Source of the DNA: Actinomycetota bacterium
Lineage (GTDB): Bacteria > Actinomycetota > Nitriliruptoria > Euzebyales > Egibacteraceae
Length of the DNA stretch: 30,934 bases
Direction: 5' to 3'
NCBI GenBank assembly: GCA_019347785.1
Contig: JAHWKQ010000001.1
Span: forward strand, 1,394-32,327
The position numbers and the translations under genes are program-made. Of this stretch, positions 28,153 through 30,934 are shown one piece after another (the first letter of the stretch is position 1; every line of letters begins with the position of its first letter). The notes under the pieces were generated by a model that was not told the DNA's origin, ran no database searches, and worked only from the letters and a program-made list of their open reading frames with translations.

Positions 28153-29318
28153 CGGTGCGCGGCCGCCCGCGGCCGCCCCCCGCCCCCGCGCAGGAGCCGG
28201 CCGCGGGTGCGGCAGAAGGCGCACACCGCCTCACCGGTGGCGTCCGGACCCCGGGGCACGCTGGTGGGCATCCCGCAGCCGGCGCAGGGCGCCACCTCGC
28301 CGGGGTCGGCGTCGTCGCGGGCGAAGTGGCGGGGCTGCACGCGGTCGAGGAAGCCGAACAGGAACTGGGTCTTGGTACCCGGCGACCGGCGCTCCAGCTC
28401 GTTCAGGGCGTCCTTGTAGCGCAGCACGGTGTTGCCCTCGACGAGGGGGCACTCCTCGACGACGTAGTCCAGCCCCCTGATCACGCAGTAGGCGGCCATC
28501 TCCCGCTCACCGAGCCGGTACAGCGGCTTGACCTTGCGGGCCAGCTGCCCCGGCGCGGCCGGCAGCACGGGCGACTGGCGGGCCATGAACGGCGTCTGCC
28601 AGCGCAGCACGTTGCCCAGCAGCGTCGCGGCCTCGTCGTCCAGGTTGTGCCCGGTCGCCATCACGTCGTAGCCGTGCTCGAGGGCCACCCGGTTGAACAC
28701 GTAGCGCTTGGACAGCCCGCAGACGCCGCAGGAGGAGCGGGTGCGGTCGGCGGTGGCCCGGGGGATGTCGAAGCCGTGCTCGTCGGCCAGGTTCACCGTG
28801 CGCAGGCGCGCGCCCCGGGCGGCGGCGAAGTCGGCGACGACGCGGCCGGACCGGTCGGAGTACTTCCCGATGCCCAGCCCCAGGTAGAGGCCGTCGGCGC
28901 GGTAGCCCATGTCCAGCAGCACGTCCCACAGCGCCAGGGAGTCCTTGCCGCCGCTGACGGCCACCAGGACGTGGTCGTCGTAGGACAGCATCCCGTGGCG
29001 GTCGATCGCGGCGCGCACCTGCGACCGCACGTGGTCGACGAAGTGCCCGGCGCAGTAGGCCGCCCGGTGCCGAGCCACCTCGATGACCGACGGCGCGGGG
29101 CACGCGTGGCACCGCGCGGGCCCAGCGCCACCGGAGATCACCGGGCGGAGCTCGACCTCGGCGTCGTCGGGCAGCAGGTGGTCCTTGGTGACGAGCTGCC
29201 CGGCGTGGATGACCAGCACCGTCTCCGGGTTCACGTCGAAGCGCTCGAGCACCTGCGACACCCGCAGCGGGCCGTCGACCCGCTCGGTCCGTCTGGTGTT
29301 GCGGAAGTGGACCTGCAT
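28149..29318 (-). CDS. ttuA: Fusion of a ThiS/MoaD/TtuB ubiquitin-like sulfur carrier (aa 1-64, ...VISGG) and a TtuA/Ncs6-type tRNA 2-thiouridine synthase
   Basis: beta-grasp domain ending RPVISGG, then CHAC...CAGH, PP-loop SGGKDS, CGVC, TGHNLDDE, ECP, C-terminal CAGC...CAFC; no stop between the domains. Confidence 0.9.
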   Translation of the reverse strand: MQVHFRNTRRTERVDGPLRVSQVLERFDVNPETVLVIHAGQLVTKDHLLPDDAEVELRPVISGGAGPARCHACPAPSVIEVARHRAAYCAGHFVDHVRSQVRAAIDRHGMLSYDDHVLVAVSGGKDSLALWDVLLDMGYRADGLYLGLGIGKYSDRSGRVVADFAAARGARLRTVNLADEHGFDIPRATADRTRSSCGVCGLSKRYVFNRVALEHGYDVMATGHNLDDEAATLLGNVLRWQTPFMARQSPVLPAAPGQLARKVKPLYRLGEREMAAYCVIRGLDYVVEECPLVEGNTVLRYKDALNELERRSPGTKTQFLFGFLDRVQPRHFARDDADPGEVAPCAGCGMPTSVPRGPDATGEAVCAFCRTRGRLLRGGGGRPRAAAHR

Positions 29319-29331
29319 GTCGAGGTCGAGG

Positions 29332-30006
29332 CTAGCGACCCGTCCCGAGCGTGTCGGCGCCGAACAGCTCCAGACACGGCTCCAGGCCGTCCACCGTCAC
29401 GGCCGGCCGCTCCGAGGCCTCCCAGTCGTCGCGGGTCAGCACGAGGCGCCGCTCGATGGCGCGCTGCCCTCGTCGGACGCGCACGTTGTGGCCCTCGGGG
29501 TGGTAGCCCAGCCGCCGCGAGACGGCCAGGGACGCCGGGTTGTCGGTGAAGGCGCCGCTGCGGGCCTCCAGCGCCCCCAGGCCCGCGAAGGCCAGGTGCA
29601 GCACGGCGGCGCGCATCTCGGTGCCGATCCCGTGGCCCTGGTGAGACCGGCCCAGCCACGAGCCGGTGCCGACGGAGCGGGTGACCGCGAACTCGGTGGC
29701 CGTGATGCCCTGCATGCCGACGTGGCCGCTGTCCGCCAGCACCGCGAGGTCCAGGGTCCACTCCCCCGGCGTCCAGTGGGCGCGGGAGCGCCAGTGATGC
29801 CGCAGCATCCCCCGCTCCAGCTCCGGCGAGGGCTTGTCGGTCCACGCGGACAGGAAGGGCATGGTCTCCGGGGGGTGGACCCCGGCCGCCGCCAGCTCGG
29901 CGAGCGCGGCCAGGTCGTCGTCCGCAGGCAGGCGTAGCTCCAGTCGCGCGGTGCGCACCCGCAGACCGAACAGCGGCCACAGCCGCCTCAGCGCCTCGCC
30001 CACCAC
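29332..30006 (-). CDS. RimJ/RimL-type GNAT, Rv0802c-like (succinyl-CoA transferase family)
   Basis: WPLFGLRVRT.RLEL, GVHPPETMPF...W, GSWLG..HQGHGIGTEMRAAVL.LAF, DNPASLAVSRRLGY. Confidence 0.88.
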   Translation of the reverse strand: MVGEALRRLWPLFGLRVRTARLELRLPADDDLAALAELAAAGVHPPETMPFLSAWTDKPSPELERGMLRHHWRSRAHWTPGEWTLDLAVLADSGHVGMQGITATEFAVTRSVGTGSWLGRSHQGHGIGTEMRAAVLHLAFAGLGALEARSGAFTDNPASLAVSRRLGYHPEGHNVRVRRGQRAIERRLVLTRDDWEASERPAVTVDGLEPCLELFGADTLGTGR

Positions 30007-30012
30007 GGCCGG

Positions 30013-30036
30013 ATCCTAGACGCGCCCGCGTAGACT
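30013..30036. promoter_or_regulatory. Divergent leaderless promoters: TAGGAT (minus, 30013-30018) and TAGACT (plus, 30031-30036)
   Basis: Each is exactly 6 nt from its start codon (GTG 30006, ATG 30043) in a 36-bp gap. Confidence 0.65.
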
Positions 30037-30042
30037 GGGCGC

Positions 30043-30630
30043 ATGCCTGTCACGAGCCGGTCGGCCCCCGTCGCCGGGACCACGTTGGCGCTCAAGGAGT
30101 GGGGCGCGGTCGCCCACGGGCTGCTCGACGGCCGCCAGACGGTCCTGCTGCGCAAGGGGGGCATCCACGAGAAGCGCTTCCAGGTGGGCCGCGACACCTT
30201 CGTGCTGTTCCCCACCGTGGCCCACTCCCACCGCGAGCGGGTGCGCGACGAGCACGCCGACCTCATCGGTCTCGGCGAGGCCGACGTGGCCGGCGGCCGG
30301 CTGACCGTCCGGTGCGGGATCACCCTGGCCGGGGTGGTGCCCGTCGAGCGTGCCGAGGGTCTCGTCGACATCCGGGACCTGCACATCTGGACCGCGGAGT
30401 CGGTGCGCCGTGACCGCCTAGAGTTCCGCCCCAAGCACCGGCTGCAGGTGCTCGTCGTGGCGGCCGTGTCCCTGCCCGACCCGGTGACGGTGCCGCGGCT
30501 CGACGAGTACGGCGGCTGCAAGTCGTGGCTCGACCTGCCCCTGTCGTGGGATGGCCGCCAGGGCCGGCGCGTCCACAGCGACGAGCGGCTGGCCGCCGAC
30601 GTGGAGCGCGTACGCGCCGCCGTCGGCTGA
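30043..30630 (+). CDS. DUF1802 family protein
   Basis: ALKEW.AV...L..G.Q.VLLRKGGIHE, LFPTVAH, HIWT, YGGCKSW. Confidence 0.88.
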   Translation: MPVTSRSAPVAGTTLALKEWGAVAHGLLDGRQTVLLRKGGIHEKRFQVGRDTFVLFPTVAHSHRERVRDEHADLIGLGEADVAGGRLTVRCGITLAGVVPVERAEGLVDIRDLHIWTAESVRRDRLEFRPKHRLQVLVVAAVSLPDPVTVPRLDEYGGCKSWLDLPLSWDGRQGRRVHSDERLAADVERVRAAVG

Positions 30631-30632
30631 TC

Positions 30633-30651
30633 GGGGGCGGCTTCCGCCCCC
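30633..30651 (+). terminator. GC hairpin after the DUF1802 stop (possible terminator)
   Basis: GGGGGCGG-CTT-CCGCCCCC; no U-tract. Confidence 0.45.
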
Positions 30652-30734
30652 TGCTCGCACGTCGTGGAGCGTGCGGGCCGTATATGGCCGAAACGCTCCC
30701 ATGTCAGCACGTGTGGCGGCCCGGCGGCGGCGCG

Positions 30735-30762
30735 TTGCGGCCGGATTGGGCCGTGGCATACT
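30735..30762 (+). promoter_or_regulatory. Housekeeping promoter for tRNA-Leu
   Basis: TTGCGG-N16-CATACT with extended -10 TG. Confidence 0.6.
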
Positions 30763-30775
30763 CACCGTCCGCCCT

Positions 30776-30859
30776 GTCGGCGTGGCGGAACAGGTAGACG
30801 CGCATGGTTGAGGGCCATGTGCCCTTCGGGGCTTGGGGGTTCAAGTCCCCCCGCCGACA
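30776..30859 (+). tRNA. tRNA-Leu (anticodon GAG)
   Basis: GTCGGCG/CGCCGAC acceptor stem, CATGG-TTGAGGG-CCATG anticodon arm, long variable arm GCCC-TTCG-GGGC, GGTTCAAGTCC T-loop; CCA not encoded. Confidence 0.97.
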
Positions 30860-30934
30860 CAAGCCGCTGACCAGCGGAAACAGGCTCTCCGGGCACCCCC
30901 CGCTCCCCTACCACGACCCCTCCAGGCGGCCTCG

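Noticed and set aside
30652-30734. Possible small RNA or ORF between DUF1802 and tRNA-Leu
   Set aside because: No RBS-linked ORF, stable structure or recognisable family; consistent with spacer plus tRNA promoter

Overview
Very GC-rich actinobacterial chromosomal window. Identifications come from motif recognition only; no database searches were run. Most of it is the conserved Pup-proteasome/Tat neighbourhood on the minus strand: trmI-arc-dop-pup-prcB-prcA-pafA // pafB-pafC-(2 small genes)-tatA-tatC-helY-DAGK-like. To the left lie a plus-strand GNAT/OSBS-NSAR/M20 operon, a pepE-like peptidase, an acyl-CoA dehydrogenase, a Zn-ribbon-RNase HI, DUF4193 and lnt. tRNA-Glu(UUC) sits near the left end, with an apparently decayed tyrosine-integrase element abutting its 3' end, and tRNA-Leu(GAG) sits at the right end. 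The most unusual points are: (1) an in-frame fusion of a ubiquitin-like sulfur carrier (...VISGG) to a TtuA-type tRNA thiolase, directly upstream of trmI and the proteasome ATPase; (2) a class A PBP inserted antisense between pafA and pafB, whose cytoplasmic N-terminus carries four Pro-punctuated 22-residue amphipathic repeats; (3) an integrase with Cys at the catalytic Tyr position, joined to a symmetric 3+3 TGTCAC iteron-like array; (4) a sigma28-like promoter on a small Zn-ribbon gene; (5) a DAGK-family protein with degenerate ATP motifs; (6) many apparently leaderless genes. No CRISPR array or rRNA was seen.
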